Assembly: GCA_963809485.1 (NCBI GenBank)
Contig: CAWEJX010000008.1
Location: 32,001-96,000, forward strand
DNA length: 64,000 nt
Origin: an uncultured Acidobacteriota bacterium
Lineage (GTDB): Bacteria; Acidobacteriota; UBA6911
Direction of reading: 5' to 3'
Shown: piece by piece, positions 19,044 through 29,355 of the stretch
Position numbering within the stretch: position 1 is the first letter of the stretch
Layout: each line of letters begins with the position of its first letter
The notes under the pieces: model-generated
What the model was told of the DNA's origin: nothing
Databases searched by the model: none
The model's input: the letters and a program-made list of their open reading frames with translations, nothing else
Made by a program: the position numbers and the translations under genes

Positions 19044-20035
19044 TCATTTACAGCCTGGAAGAACTGGAAAACGATCTTCGTAGCCATGGTTTTCGGCCGC
19101 TTTACATGGTATTGGGCCCGGAGCAGTATCAGTGCCGGCTTGCCATAAGGCTGCTGAAAGAACAGGTCCTGACTCCCGATTCCGTTGCCTTCGATTACGC
19201 CGAATTTGCCGGGGCTGAAGCGGCCGCCTCGGAGATTATCGAAGCGGCCGGCACGTTCCCGATGCTCTCCAAGCGCCGACTGGTGCTTGTCAGGGACGCC
19301 GACAAACTGCGGGAATCCGAACAGGAAATTCTCATGAATTCCCTCGGCAGGCTTTCGCCGCGCAGTATGCTGATCCTTTCTGCCGAAGACCTGGACCGGC
19401 GGAAGAGGTTTTACAAAACGCTGCTGGACAAAAGCTGCGTTGCGGAGTTTCAAAAGCTGAAAGATGCCGCCCTTGAGCGTTGGGCCGCTTCATTCGTGGC
19501 ACGGGAAGGGTATCGCATCGGAACCGCATCGCTCAAAAAAGTGATCGATCTGGTCGGATCCGATCTGCAGGCGCTGGCTACGGAATTTGAGAAGCTTTTC
19601 TTATACGCGGGAGAACAAACAAACATTTCCGATTCCGCAATCGACGATTTGGTCCGCAGCAGCCGGCAGCATGGAATCTTCGAGCTCATTAATTCTATCG
19701 CTACCCACGATCGCGCCGGCTCTCTCAGGAAGCTTGCGGCATTGCTTGAAGCAGGAGAGCAGGCAATCGGCGTCGCGGCCATGATGGCCCGGCACTGCAG
19801 GCAGGTGCTCATTGCCAAGGAATGCCTTCTGAACCGAAGCAGCACAAGGGAGATAGGGAGCTTGCTGCAGATCAAGCCCTATTTTTTGGATCAGTTCCTG
19901 CGCCAGGCTCGTGTCGCGGATGTCGTCGTCGTCCGGCAGATGCTCATCAGTCTGGCCGAAATTGATCGGAAACTCAAATCGTCATCCGGCCAGGAACGCG
20001 CTCTCCTGGAAAAGCTCATCTGTGCGCTCGTGTAA
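19040..20035 (+). CDS. holA: DNA polymerase III delta subunit
   Basis: PLYMVLGPEQY, PMLSKRRLVLV, EFEKLFLY, IDRKLKSS. Confidence 0.9.
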   Translation: MIIYSLEELENDLRSHGFRPLYMVLGPEQYQCRLAIRLLKEQVLTPDSVAFDYAEFAGAEAAASEIIEAAGTFPMLSKRRLVLVRDADKLRESEQEILMNSLGRLSPRSMLILSAEDLDRRKRFYKTLLDKSCVAEFQKLKDAALERWAASFVAREGYRIGTASLKKVIDLVGSDLQALATEFEKLFLYAGEQTNISDSAIDDLVRSSRQHGIFELINSIATHDRAGSLRKLAALLEAGEQAIGVAAMMARHCRQVLIAKECLLNRSSTREIGSLLQIKPYFLDQFLRQARVADVVVVRQMLISLAEIDRKLKSSSGQERALLEKLICALV

Positions 20036-20250
20036 GCGCTCCGGGATGGCGGATCTCCTGTGCCGGCCGTGGCTCGATTTACCAGTGGAACTGCGGGGCA
20101 CAGATCGCAAGGTCAAAGTCGCAGGTCCCTGATCCGGCAGCCGAAATCCGCAATATATAGGCGGATCCCATCAAGAGGCCGAATCGATAATCCGCATGCA
20201 TCAGCGCTTTTTTCAGCCTCTGCCAGCGTCTGCAGGGCATGGCTGATTAC

Positions 20251-20475
20251 ATTGGTAAATCCCCGGCTCTGCCGGGGAACTCAAAGAGTTTGACAGCTCC
20301 GGATTTTGAAACGCTGATAAAAGCGCTGACAAACGCCGATTTGTTCGGCGGGGATCGGAAGCGCCTCATCGGCTTTTGCCCGCGTAGGTCAGCGTTCAAG
20401 ACCGGCGTAACTCATCCAACCGCTTTGAGCGGTTCAAATCTTTCAAGCCTCCGGCTTTGCCGGAGGCACCTGACT
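20251..20475 (+). mobile_element. Family 1 element, copy D (one IR1 arm retained)
   Basis: Intact left (attggtaaatccccggctctgccgggg) and right (aagcctccggctttgccggaggcacctgact) ends; preceded by TTAC. Confidence 0.8.
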
Positions 20476-20517
20476 AATCTGAGACCTGCGGCCTGCATTC
20501 GGGCGAATATGGGTGGA

Positions 20518-20799
20518 TTATGCCTGCTTGGATGCGGACAAAGCCGTGTTCAAACGCCTGGTTAAGCGGGATTTTTGGCGCGCTGCGGCATTTTTGCTGA
20601 TGGCTTTCTTGTGCCGGGACTTGTCGATTGCGGCATAGAGGCCAGACAACGAATTCTGCGCTTCTTCGGCCTTTCCGGCTTCCACTCGTTCCGTGAATTG
20701 TTTCAGGGTGGTACGCAAGCTGCTTTTGTTGTGTCGATTTGTGCTCCGGTGTTTCAGGTTTTGTCTGTGCGCCTTCAGGGCCGATGCATGATTGGCCAT
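20518..20799 (-). CDS. rpsT: 30S ribosomal protein S20
   Basis: MANHASALKAHRQ...IDK...KNAAARQKSRL. Confidence 0.95.
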   Translation of the reverse strand: MANHASALKAHRQNLKHRSTNRHNKSSLRTTLKQFTERVEAGKAEEAQNSLSGLYAAIDKSRHKKAISKNAAARQKSRLTRRLNTALSASKQA

Positions 20800-21036
20800 T
20801 CTTTTAAAACTCCTTAAAGTAAAGTACCTTCTGCCCGTCTCCTAAAAACCCTTTACTTTACAAGTATTTAACATGCATGTCAAATCAAATTTTCCGATTG
20901 ACTTCGATGAACGCCAGACCTAAAATCCTCTCTAGACATGCGAGTGAGAGTCACGATCGGTTATTTCCCCATCGATTTCTGGAAATGTCTTTTACCCAAA
21001 ATCATTCCCAACAGCGAGGTCGGGCCGGATTTATAG

Positions 21037-22029
21037 ATGAGAAAAGTTCTGCTTTCGGATCGAAGTCTGCAACTGCTTTTCGGGCCCCTCGATGAAAACG
21101 TGAGATTCCTGGAAAACCTGTTCGGAGTTGCCATCCAGGCGCGGGATTCTTCTCTGACCATTGATGGAGAAGAGGAAGATGTCGCGGCCTTGGAAAAAAT
21201 CCTTCTGGATTTTTCAACTCTTGTCGACAAGGGTCATTTGATCTCGAACGGGGATCTCAAAGCTGCCTTCAAGCAAATCGCCGAGGACACGGCGCTTTCT
21301 CTGCATGATTTTTTTCCCAAGATGCAGCTGCTCCCCGGGGGAAAGCGCCAGGTCACGCCCAAAAGCCCGAACCAGCGGCGCTATGTGGAGGCAATTAAAA
21401 ACAACGACGTGGTTTTCGGGATTGGGCCCGGAGGCACCGGCAAGACCTTTCTGGCTGTTGCGATGGCCCTCACCTACCTGCTTGAAAAGAGCGTATCGAG
21501 AATCGTGCTCACCCGGCCTGCCGTCGAAGCGGGAGAGAAACTCGGATTCCTCCCGGGCGACATCGAAGAGAAAATCAATCCGTACCTGCGGCCCCTCTAC
21601 GATGCGCTTTACATTCTCATGGACGGCGAAAAAATCCAGCGCTACATGGAAGACGGAATCATCGAAATCGCGCCGCTCGCCTTTATGAGAGGACGCACGC
21701 TGAGCGATGCATTTATAATTCTGGATGAGGCACAAAACACCACCTCCGAGCAAATGAAGATGTTCCTGACGCGGATCGGCATGCGCTCCAAGGCCGTCAT
21801 TACCGGCGATATCACGCAGATCGATCTTCCCTTCGGCCGGAACTCGGGATTGATTGAAGCCAGGAGCATCCTGGGCGAAGTGCAGGGGCTCGCTTTCTGC
21901 TACTTCAACGAAAACGACGTTGTGCGGCACCATCTGGTGCGCTTGATTATCAAAGCCTATCAAAAACACGCCGAGAATGAGATGCGCGCGGAAGGAAACG
22001 GGAATAATGGCAAAGGATTCAAAGATTAG
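21037..22029 (+). CDS. phoH: PhoH-family ATPase
   Basis: [35 protein letters not shown]. Confidence 0.95.
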   Translation: MRKVLLSDRSLQLLFGPLDENVRFLENLFGVAIQARDSSLTIDGEEEDVAALEKILLDFSTLVDKGHLISNGDLKAAFKQIAEDTALSLHDFFPKMQLLPGGKRQVTPKSPNQRRYVEAIKNNDVVFGIGPGGTGKTFLAVAMALTYLLEKSVSRIVLTRPAVEAGEKLGFLPGDIEEKINPYLRPLYDALYILMDGEKIQRYMEDGIIEIAPLAFMRGRTLSDAFIILDEAQNTTSEQMKMFLTRIGMRSKAVITGDITQIDLPFGRNSGLIEARSILGEVQGLAFCYFNENDVVRHHLVRLIIKAYQKHAENEMRAEGNGNNGKGFKD

Positions 22030-23116
22030 GCTGGGAATCGTCTTCGGGGGACGCTCCGGTGAACATGAAGTCTCGCTCACATCCGCCGCTTCCGTGATCA
22101 GCGCCCTGGATCCCGACGAGTTCGAGATCACGGCCATCGGGATCACCAAGACGGGCAAACTGGCAAGCGTCTCCGAAGTGCGCGCAATGCTGCCGCCCTC
22201 GCTGCTGCCGCGTGTTCAAATCAGCGAGGTGTTGCAGGGGGACGGTCCGGGATTACGGGTGGCATCGCGAACGCCTGAAAAACAGGAAGATTCCCGCAGG
22301 AATCCGCAGATCTTTTTCCCTTTGCTGCATGGCCCCTACGGCGAGGATGGAACCATCCAGGGTTTGCTCGAAATGGCCGGATTGCCCTTTGTCGGTTGCG
22401 GAGTGCTGGCTTCAGCCGTCGGCATGGACAAGGATGTCATGAAGCGGCTTTTCCTGCAGGCCGGTCTCCCGTCTACGCCCCACAGGACCGTGATGGCGCG
22501 GGATATAGCACAGGGAGTGGACTCCATACGAAAATCCGCTGCCCGGGAATTCGGCTATCCGATGTTTTCCAAGCCGGCGAATTTGGGATCGTCCGTGGGC
22601 ATATGCAAGATACATTCCGAGAGGGAGTTTGAAAAGTCGATCCGGTATTCGGCCCGCTTCGACCGCAAAATCCTGATCGAAAAGGGTATTGACGGAAGGG
22701 AACTGGAATGCGCAATTCTGGGGAACGATACGCCGCAGGCTTCCGTAGTAGGCGAGGTGGTATCGGCCCATGAGTTTTACGACTACGAAGCCAAATACAT
22801 GAGCCCGGCAAGCCGGCTGGAGATACCCGCGCGCATCGAAGATAAAAAAAAGGAGGAAATCCGCGATCTGGCCCTGCGTTCGTTCAGGGCCATCGATGGT
22901 TCGGGCCTGGCCCGGGTTGATTTTTTCCTGGAGCGCGCCACAAACAAAGTCTGGATCAACGAAATCAACACCATGCCCGGATTCACCCCCATCAGCATGT
23001 ACGCCAAACTTTGGGCCGCAACCGGTGTGGCGTTCGACGAACTGGTGCGCCGGCTGGTCGGGTTTGGCATGGAGCGGTTTCATGAGAAACTCCGGCTGCA
23101 GATTTCGGGCGAGTGA
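22007..23116 (+). CDS. ddl: D-alanine--D-alanine ligase
   Basis: [46 protein letters not shown]. Confidence 0.95.
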   Translation: MAKDSKIRLGIVFGGRSGEHEVSLTSAASVISALDPDEFEITAIGITKTGKLASVSEVRAMLPPSLLPRVQISEVLQGDGPGLRVASRTPEKQEDSRRNPQIFFPLLHGPYGEDGTIQGLLEMAGLPFVGCGVLASAVGMDKDVMKRLFLQAGLPSTPHRTVMARDIAQGVDSIRKSAAREFGYPMFSKPANLGSSVGICKIHSEREFEKSIRYSARFDRKILIEKGIDGRELECAILGNDTPQASVVGEVVSAHEFYDYEAKYMSPASRLEIPARIEDKKKEEIRDLALRSFRAIDGSGLARVDFFLERATNKVWINEINTMPGFTPISMYAKLWAATGVAFDELVRRLVGFGMERFHEKLRLQISGE

Positions 23117-23276
23117 CCCCGGGGATGCAGAAGCGGCGATTTGCGGCAAGGGCATCGGACAGATGACCTTCGGATGTTTGCTGGATCATGAAAGGACGAT
23201 TCGGTTTGTCAGCATATACAAAATTTTTATATAACGGGCCTGACAGCTACAATGAGACAGGCAGGAGGAAACGCCC

Positions 23277-23525
23277 ATGAGCGATCTATTGCATGAGGAA
23301 CAACTCCGGCAGCAATTATTGCGGGAAAACGCGGAATTCCGGCGGCTCGCAGCGGAACATCAAGCATACAGCGATCAGCTGGAAGGATTATCGAACAAAC
23401 ACTTTCTGAGCGAAGAAGAGGAACTGCAGGAAAAGACGCTGAAAAAAAAGAAACTGATGCTGAAGGACCAGATGTATACCATGGTCCAGAAAGCTCGCAA
23501 ACAAAGGGAGAATGGATCCCGCTAA
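23277..23525 (+). CDS. DUF465/YdcH-family small coiled-coil protein
   Basis: EFRRLAAEH...LKKKKLMLKDQM; strong RBS (AGGAGG). Confidence 0.85.
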   Translation: MSDLLHEEQLRQQLLRENAEFRRLAAEHQAYSDQLEGLSNKHFLSEEEELQEKTLKKKKLMLKDQMYTMVQKARKQRENGSR

Positions 23526-23539
23526 TCCCTGGGGGAGAT

Positions 23540-23827
23540 TTCCCGGCTCCGCAGACAAGGCCGCATCAGGCTATAAAAATACCGGAGCATGCCTTTCCCC
23601 GGTGTTCTGACAGCAGCCCGGAGCCTCAGCACTGTAAAATACTGAATATCGAGATTCGAATGTCGAACCGCAGAAAAGCCTCGAAATTCAATATCCGGTA
23701 TTCTGCGGCTCAAAAAGCTTCAGTGAAATCTATGGCGCATGAAACTTCCTTTATCTTTCATCGTTTGCGATCGGGCCCTTTAGAGGCGCTGGCAACCGCA
23801 AAGCCGCCGGCGTTGCGGGAGGCTGCT
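23540..23827 (+). repeat. Family 2 dispersed palindromic element, copy 3
   Basis: cggagcatgcctt..ccgg.gttctga, ctgaatatcga..ttcgaatgtcgaaccgcagaa, gaaacttcctttatcttt and gcgatc.ggccc are shared with the other copies. Confidence 0.75.
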
Positions 23828-23874
23828 CGTTCTGCGGGGCAAGGGTGCGCGCGCAGGCGCGCGGGTGGGAAGGG

Positions 23875-24483
23875 ATGCCTATGGTGAAGGAGGGTTACCG
23901 GTTTATCATCCCATGTCTTATCGCGGGCATCCTGTGCGCGCTCCTGCACTTTGCCTATCCGGCGTTTCTGTTTTTTGTTCTTGCTGTTTTCATGGGCTTC
24001 TTTTTTCGCAACCCGACGAGAGAAATTCCGGATACCCCAAACCTGATCGTTTCTCCCGCGGACGGCAAGGTCGTAAGAATTTCCCAGACAGCCGGCGGCG
24101 AACAGACCCTCAGCATTTTTCTCAATATCTTTAACGTGCATGTCAACCGCTCCCCGATCGCGGGGGAATTGCAGAGCCTCGATTACCAGCGTGGAAAGTT
24201 TAAGGCGGCTTTTGACGATGAGGCTTCACGGGTGAACGAACAAAACATCCTGACTATCGCATGCGAAGGGACACCCGTCGTCGTGCGCCAGATCGCTGGG
24301 CTGATTGCGAGGCGTGTGGTATGCTGGAAGAAGCCCGGCGACAGGCTTGAGCGGGGAGAGCTCATTGGCCTGATCCGTTTTGGTTCCAGGGTGGATGTTA
24401 CCGTTCCCGAGCATGCCAGGATACGCGTCAAGGTAGGAGATAAGGTTCAGGGGGGCAGTTCCGTCCTCGGAGAATTGGCATGA
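23875..24483 (+). CDS. psd: Phosphatidylserine decarboxylase proenzyme
   Basis: FFRNP, SPADGKV, HVNRSP, QIAGLIARR, IRFGSRVD cleavage motif. Confidence 0.93.
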   Translation: MPMVKEGYRFIIPCLIAGILCALLHFAYPAFLFFVLAVFMGFFFRNPTREIPDTPNLIVSPADGKVVRISQTAGGEQTLSIFLNIFNVHVNRSPIAGELQSLDYQRGKFKAAFDDEASRVNEQNILTIACEGTPVVVRQIAGLIARRVVCWKKPGDRLERGELIGLIRFGSRVDVTVPEHARIRVKVGDKVQGGSSVLGELA

Positions 24484-25274
24484 ACACGCGCGCAGAGCCC
24501 AATGAATTGAGCCCGCAGGGAACCCGCCGCAAGCGGCTGGGCCGGGGAGTGTTCGTTCTTCCCAGCTTGTTTACCGTCGGCAATATTTTCTGCGGCTATT
24601 ATGCGGTCCTGTCGACCATGCACGGGAATTATGGTCAGGCTGCCTACGCGATCGGTCTGGCTATTATACTGGACATGCTCGACGGCCGGATCGCGCGGCT
24701 GACCAACTCCAGCACCGACTTCGGGTTGCAGCTCGACTCCCTGGCGGATGTGATTTCGTTCGGCGTCGCGCCTTCTGTCCTCGCGCTGGTCTGGGGATTA
24801 TCGACCGTGGATTTCCGGCTGGCGTGGACGGCGGCCTTTACCTTCACGATCTGCGGTGCAATGCGGCTTGCCCGCTTTAACGTCCAGGCAGCGAACCTGA
24901 AGCATTTTGTGGGCCTTCCGATTCCGGCAGGCGGAGGAATCATCGCAGCCATCGTACACTTTTTCCAGGAGCCCATAAAAAATCCTTTGGGCGCCAATTT
25001 GATGGTCGCGTGCGTTTTTTTTACGGCGTTTCTGATGATCAGCACGATTCGTTACAGCAGCCTGAAGCACCTTACCCTGGGGAAAAAATCACACCTGGCG
25101 ATTCTGGTGATGGCTTTGCTGGTTGCCCTGATTTTTAATTATTCCCGGCCGACGCTTCTCGCCCTTGCAGTGGTTTACCTTCTGTCCGGTCCGGCCCACA
25201 AGCTGTATGCATTGGCAAGGCGCAGGAAACCGGGAGAAGAACTCACTCTCGCAGATTCCGTTCAGCACCGATAG
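24480..25274 (+). CDS. pssA: CDP-diacylglycerol--serine O-phosphatidyltransferase
   Basis: DMLDGRIAR...G..LDSLAD.ISFGVAP, RLARFN; follows psd. Confidence 0.93.
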   Translation: MNTRAEPNELSPQGTRRKRLGRGVFVLPSLFTVGNIFCGYYAVLSTMHGNYGQAAYAIGLAIILDMLDGRIARLTNSSTDFGLQLDSLADVISFGVAPSVLALVWGLSTVDFRLAWTAAFTFTICGAMRLARFNVQAANLKHFVGLPIPAGGGIIAAIVHFFQEPIKNPLGANLMVACVFFTAFLMISTIRYSSLKHLTLGKKSHLAILVMALLVALIFNYSRPTLLALAVVYLLSGPAHKLYALARRRKPGEELTLADSVQHR

Positions 25275-25390
25275 CGCGGAAGATCCCGGAAGGGCGGGCG
25301 GCATCGATTGGACCCGTTTCCGGTCGGCGCGAAAGCCGGGAACGCGGGTCGATAAATCGATCTCAATAATTCCTTTCCTTCAATATTGCT

Positions 25391-26143
25391 ATGCCGGTCT
25401 ACGAGGCTGAAGCCATTGTGCTGCGCCAATACTCGCTGGGCGATTCCGATCGAATCGTTGTCTGTATCACAAGGGAATTCGGAAAGATCAGGGCAGCCGC
25501 CCAGGGGGCCAAGAAACCCAAAAGCCGCTTTTCCGGTGCTCTGGAGCCCCTGAATCACGTGCGCCTGGAGTTTTATATCCGGGAAGGGCGCGACCTGGGC
25601 CAGGTCCGGCAGGTCGAACTCATTCATTCATTCCTCGGCAAAAACCCTTCCTTAAAACAGGTTTACGCCTTCAGTTATTTCGCAGAAATAGTCCATGAGA
25701 TCATTCAGGATAATCAACCGAACCCCTCGTTGTTCAGGCTATTATTGGCATCCCTCAAAGCGGGCGAGGGACGGGTTCCCGATCCGTCGCTGGCGCGATA
25801 TTTCGAAATCTGGTCCCTGAAGCTGAGCGGCCTGCTGCCCAATTATGCCTATTGCTCGAATTGTGGTAAGTGTGTTAAAGATGATGGGTTTTTTACATGG
25901 GTTGGCTCCGGGAATGTCTTTTGTCCGGAATGTGCGCGCGGGCGCGGACTGCGCATCGGGCCTGCGGCGGCAAGCGCGCTGCAGGATATGAACCGTTTTC
26001 CGCCCGAAATGTTTATGTCCCGGCCCCTTGCGGAAGATGCAGCGGCAGATCTCGAGCGGCTGACACAGAGGCTTTTGGAATTGCATTTGGAAAAACAGCT
26101 GAAATCCTACCGGATTTTGCGGGAAGCGCTTACGGGCCAGTGA
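25391..26143 (+). CDS. recO: DNA repair protein RecO
   Basis: AIVLR...GDSDRIV...GAKKPKSRF, Zn finger CSNC...CPEC; upstream of glyQ. Confidence 0.92.
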   Translation: MPVYEAEAIVLRQYSLGDSDRIVVCITREFGKIRAAAQGAKKPKSRFSGALEPLNHVRLEFYIREGRDLGQVRQVELIHSFLGKNPSLKQVYAFSYFAEIVHEIIQDNQPNPSLFRLLLASLKAGEGRVPDPSLARYFEIWSLKLSGLLPNYAYCSNCGKCVKDDGFFTWVGSGNVFCPECARGRGLRIGPAAASALQDMNRFPPEMFMSRPLAEDAAADLERLTQRLLELHLEKQLKSYRILREALTGQ

Positions 26144-26149
26144 ATCGCA

Positions 26150-27049
26150 ATGCAACCGAAAAACTTTCAGGAAATAATTCTAACCCTTGAACGGTACTGG
26201 AATCGCCGCGGCTGCGTTCTTCAACAGCCTTACGATGTGGAGGTAGGAGCCGGTACCATGGCGCCGGAGACCTTCCTTCGCGTGCTGGGCCCGGAGCCTT
26301 ATCGGGTAGCGTACGTCATGCCCTCCCGACGCCCGGCGGACGGCCGGTACGGAGACAATCCGAACCGCGTTCAAAAACATCACCAATATCAGGTCATTCT
26401 GAAGCCTTCTCCTCGAAATGTGCAGGACCTGTACCTTCAGAGCCTGTCGGCGCTGGGCATCGATCTCAGGGAGCACGACCTGCGCTTTGAGGAGGACAAC
26501 TGGGAAGCCCCGACACTGGGGGCGTGGGGAATAGGATGGCAGGTCCTGCTCGACGGACTTGAAATTACCCAGTTCACATATTTTCAGCAGGCCGGGGGGC
26601 TCGACCTGGATCCCATAAGCGCCGAGATAACCTACGGGCTTGAGCGCATCGCCACATTCATTGCCCAGGTCGACAGCATTTATGATCTGAAATGGTCGGA
26701 CGATTACACCTACCGGGATATCCGGCACCGGGAAGAGGTCGAATTTTCCACCTATAATTTCGAAACTGCAGACATCGACATGCTGTTCAAGCTGTTTTCC
26801 CAGTATGAGGGGGAAAGCAAGCGCCTGCTGGGTCTGGGACTGGCGCTTCCTGCTTATGATTATTGCCTCAAATGCTCCCATACGTTCAATCTCCTGGACT
26901 CCAGGGGAGCCATCAGTGTAACCGAGAGAGTTGGAATCATTGCACGAGTGAGGCAGCTCGCCTGCGAGGTCGCGCGGCGCTACCTCGCAAGCCGCGAGAG
27001 CCAGGAATTCCCGCTTCTGCAATCCCGCGAAGCCGTGCAGGCCCCGTAA
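26150..27049 (+). CDS. glyQ: Glycine--tRNA ligase alpha subunit
   Basis: [39 protein letters not shown]. Confidence 0.97.
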   Translation: MQPKNFQEIILTLERYWNRRGCVLQQPYDVEVGAGTMAPETFLRVLGPEPYRVAYVMPSRRPADGRYGDNPNRVQKHHQYQVILKPSPRNVQDLYLQSLSALGIDLREHDLRFEEDNWEAPTLGAWGIGWQVLLDGLEITQFTYFQQAGGLDLDPISAEITYGLERIATFIAQVDSIYDLKWSDDYTYRDIRHREEVEFSTYNFETADIDMLFKLFSQYEGESKRLLGLGLALPAYDYCLKCSHTFNLLDSRGAISVTERVGIIARVRQLACEVARRYLASRESQEFPLLQSREAVQAP

Positions 27050-27055
27050 CCGGAT

Positions 27056-29134
27056 ATGGAAAAATCAGAGCTTGTCGTCGAATTAGGTGTGGAAGAAATA
27101 CCGGCCTCCATGATTGAGGAGGCGGCCCGTCAATTCTCGGAAATGCTCGTGGACTCGCTTCGGGAGCAGCGCCTCAGTGCGGGAGAGGGAATCGTGTGGC
27201 ATACGCCCCGCAGAATCATTGCAGGCATCCGCGATATCCCCGTGCGCCAGGAGGATCTGACCGAGGCGGTCACCGGCCCGCCCCGAAGCGTCGCTTTCGA
27301 TGCCGCGGGCGCGCCCACCCGGGCTGCCATCGCGTTTGCTCAAAAAAATGGCGCCGCGCTGGAACAGATGAAGATCGTTCAGACTGCCAAAGGCGAGTAC
27401 CTGACCATCGAGCGCGTGATGCGCGGCGCGAAAACGCACGAGATCCTGCAAAGCCTGATTCCGGCCTGCATTCGAAAAATCCAGTTTCCCAAAACCATGC
27501 ACTGGAGCCCGGACCACTTTCGCTTTGCGCGCCCGCTTCGCTGGATTGTCGCGCTCTTCGGGGGGAAAATCGTCCGTTTCAGCCTGGCGGATGTGACCTC
27601 TTCAAAATATACCGCCGGACATCGCTTCCTCGGGAAATGCAGAATTCCGGTATCCTCTCTGGAATCTCTGCAGCAGCAGTTGCGCAACAATGCGGTGATT
27701 GCGGACGGCGGTGAACGCCTGGCGCGCATCCAGGAGGGACTGCGCCGCGAAACGGAAGCCTGCGGCGGGCGACTGCTGGAAGATTCCGAACTGCTGAAGA
27801 TGGTTGTGAACCTGAACGAGGCGCCTTCCGTTGTGAGGGGGTCTTTCGAAAATCGTTTTCTTGCCCTGCCGCAGGAAATACTGATCACCGTAATGCGGGA
27901 GCACCAGAAATATTTTTCAATTCTGGACGGCGAGGGGCGGCTGATGCCGGAGTTCCTGACCGTGGTGAACCTTCCATCGGACCGGGCGGATATCATACGC
28001 GCCGGGCATGAACGGGTCTTGCGGGCCAGGCTCGCCGATGCGGATTTCTTCTGGGAGACCGACAGGAAATCGAAACTTGGGGACCGGGAGCCATCCCTCA
28101 AGGGTGTGCTCTTCCAGGAAAAACTGGGGTCCTATTATGATAAAACCCGGCGGGTGCTCACGCTGCTCCCCGAGATCGCAAAGGCAGTGAAACGGACCGA
28201 CCTTCTGGCGGATCTCGAGACCGCGGGGCATCTATTCAAGTGCGATCTTGTCACCGAAATGGTCAAGGAGTTCCCGGATCTGCAGGGAATTGTCGGCGGT
28301 CTCTACGCCAGGGCCGAAGGATACCCGGAAAATGTCTGGAGAGCCGTCTACGAGCAGTATCTTCCGAAGTCCACGAAGTCCCCTTCGCCATCTTCGGATA
28401 CCGGAGCAATCCTGGCCCTGGCCGACCGTCTCGATACCGTGTGCGGCTGCTTCTCCGTCGGTCTGATTCCATCCGGGTCCGGGGACCCGTTTGCCGTGCG
28501 CCGTCACGGGAACGGCATTCTCAAAATTATTTTCGACAACCGGTGGAGCATTTCCCTGAACCGGCTCCTGCAGCACAGCCTGGAGGCTTACTCGCTCGCC
28601 GCGAATGCTGCGTTGGACGCGCTTAAAGAATTTTTCGAAGGTCGCATGCGATTCCTTTTCGACGAGATGGGATATTCCTACGATTGCGTCCATGCGGCGA
28701 TGGCGGCGGGCTTCGATGATCCGCTCGATACGCTGGAGCGCCTGCGCGCCCTTGAGGAAATGCGCGAGGAGGCCGACTTTCTTTCGCTGGCCTCCAATTT
28801 CAAGCGTATAGTAAATATTCTGTCACAGGCAGGGGAACCGGCCGCTTCACTGGAGGAGTCCGGACTCAAGGATCCCGCTGAGCTTGCCCTGTGGCAATGC
28901 TACCTGCGCGTGCGGCCTGACGTGGAGGCGGCGCGACAGAGCCACGACTATGGGGCGGCGCTGCGATCTCTGGCTTCGATGCGCGGCGCCGTGGATGCGT
29001 TTTTCAAAGAAGTCATGGTGATGGCCGAGGATCCGGCGGTCCGAGCGAATCGCCTGTCGCTGCTGCGCTGCGTTTCGCAGCTGTTCCGAAGCATCGCGGA
29101 TATTTCCAGGATCGTCCTTGAAAAAGGCGCCTGA
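27056..29134 (+). CDS. glyS: Glycine--tRNA ligase beta subunit
   Basis: ELGVEEIP, FARPLRW, RARLADA.FF, EFPDLQG, GSGDPFAVRR. Confidence 0.97.
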   Translation: MEKSELVVELGVEEIPASMIEEAARQFSEMLVDSLREQRLSAGEGIVWHTPRRIIAGIRDIPVRQEDLTEAVTGPPRSVAFDAAGAPTRAAIAFAQKNGAALEQMKIVQTAKGEYLTIERVMRGAKTHEILQSLIPACIRKIQFPKTMHWSPDHFRFARPLRWIVALFGGKIVRFSLADVTSSKYTAGHRFLGKCRIPVSSLESLQQQLRNNAVIADGGERLARIQEGLRRETEACGGRLLEDSELLKMVVNLNEAPSVVRGSFENRFLALPQEILITVMREHQKYFSILDGEGRLMPEFLTVVNLPSDRADIIRAGHERVLRARLADADFFWETDRKSKLGDREPSLKGVLFQEKLGSYYDKTRRVLTLLPEIAKAVKRTDLLADLETAGHLFKCDLVTEMVKEFPDLQGIVGGLYARAEGYPENVWRAVYEQYLPKSTKSPSPSSDTGAILALADRLDTVCGCFSVGLIPSGSGDPFAVRRHGNGILKIIFDNRWSISLNRLLQHSLEAYSLAANAALDALKEFFEGRMRFLFDEMGYSYDCVHAAMAAGFDDPLDTLERLRALEEMREEADFLSLASNFKRIVNILSQAGEPAASLEESGLKDPAELALWQCYLRVRPDVEAARQSHDYGAALRSLASMRGAVDAFFKEVMVMAEDPAVRANRLSLLRCVSQLFRSIADISRIVLEKGA

Positions 29135-29355
29135 TGAAGTCTCCATGGAACCGTGGCTGCACAATACTTTGAGATTCTTCGAGCTCTTCGCGGTCCTTGA
29201 GAAGAGCTGCAAAAATCTCAAAGCTTTTATGTCCGGGGAAAGAGAGGGGATTTCCCCCAAGGTAATTCATTACATATACCGGATAACGCCCCGGAAGCAG
29301 CGGCAAGCTGCCATCATTTTTCCGGGACGCGTTGTCTCAAGTGAGGAATGCAAAG

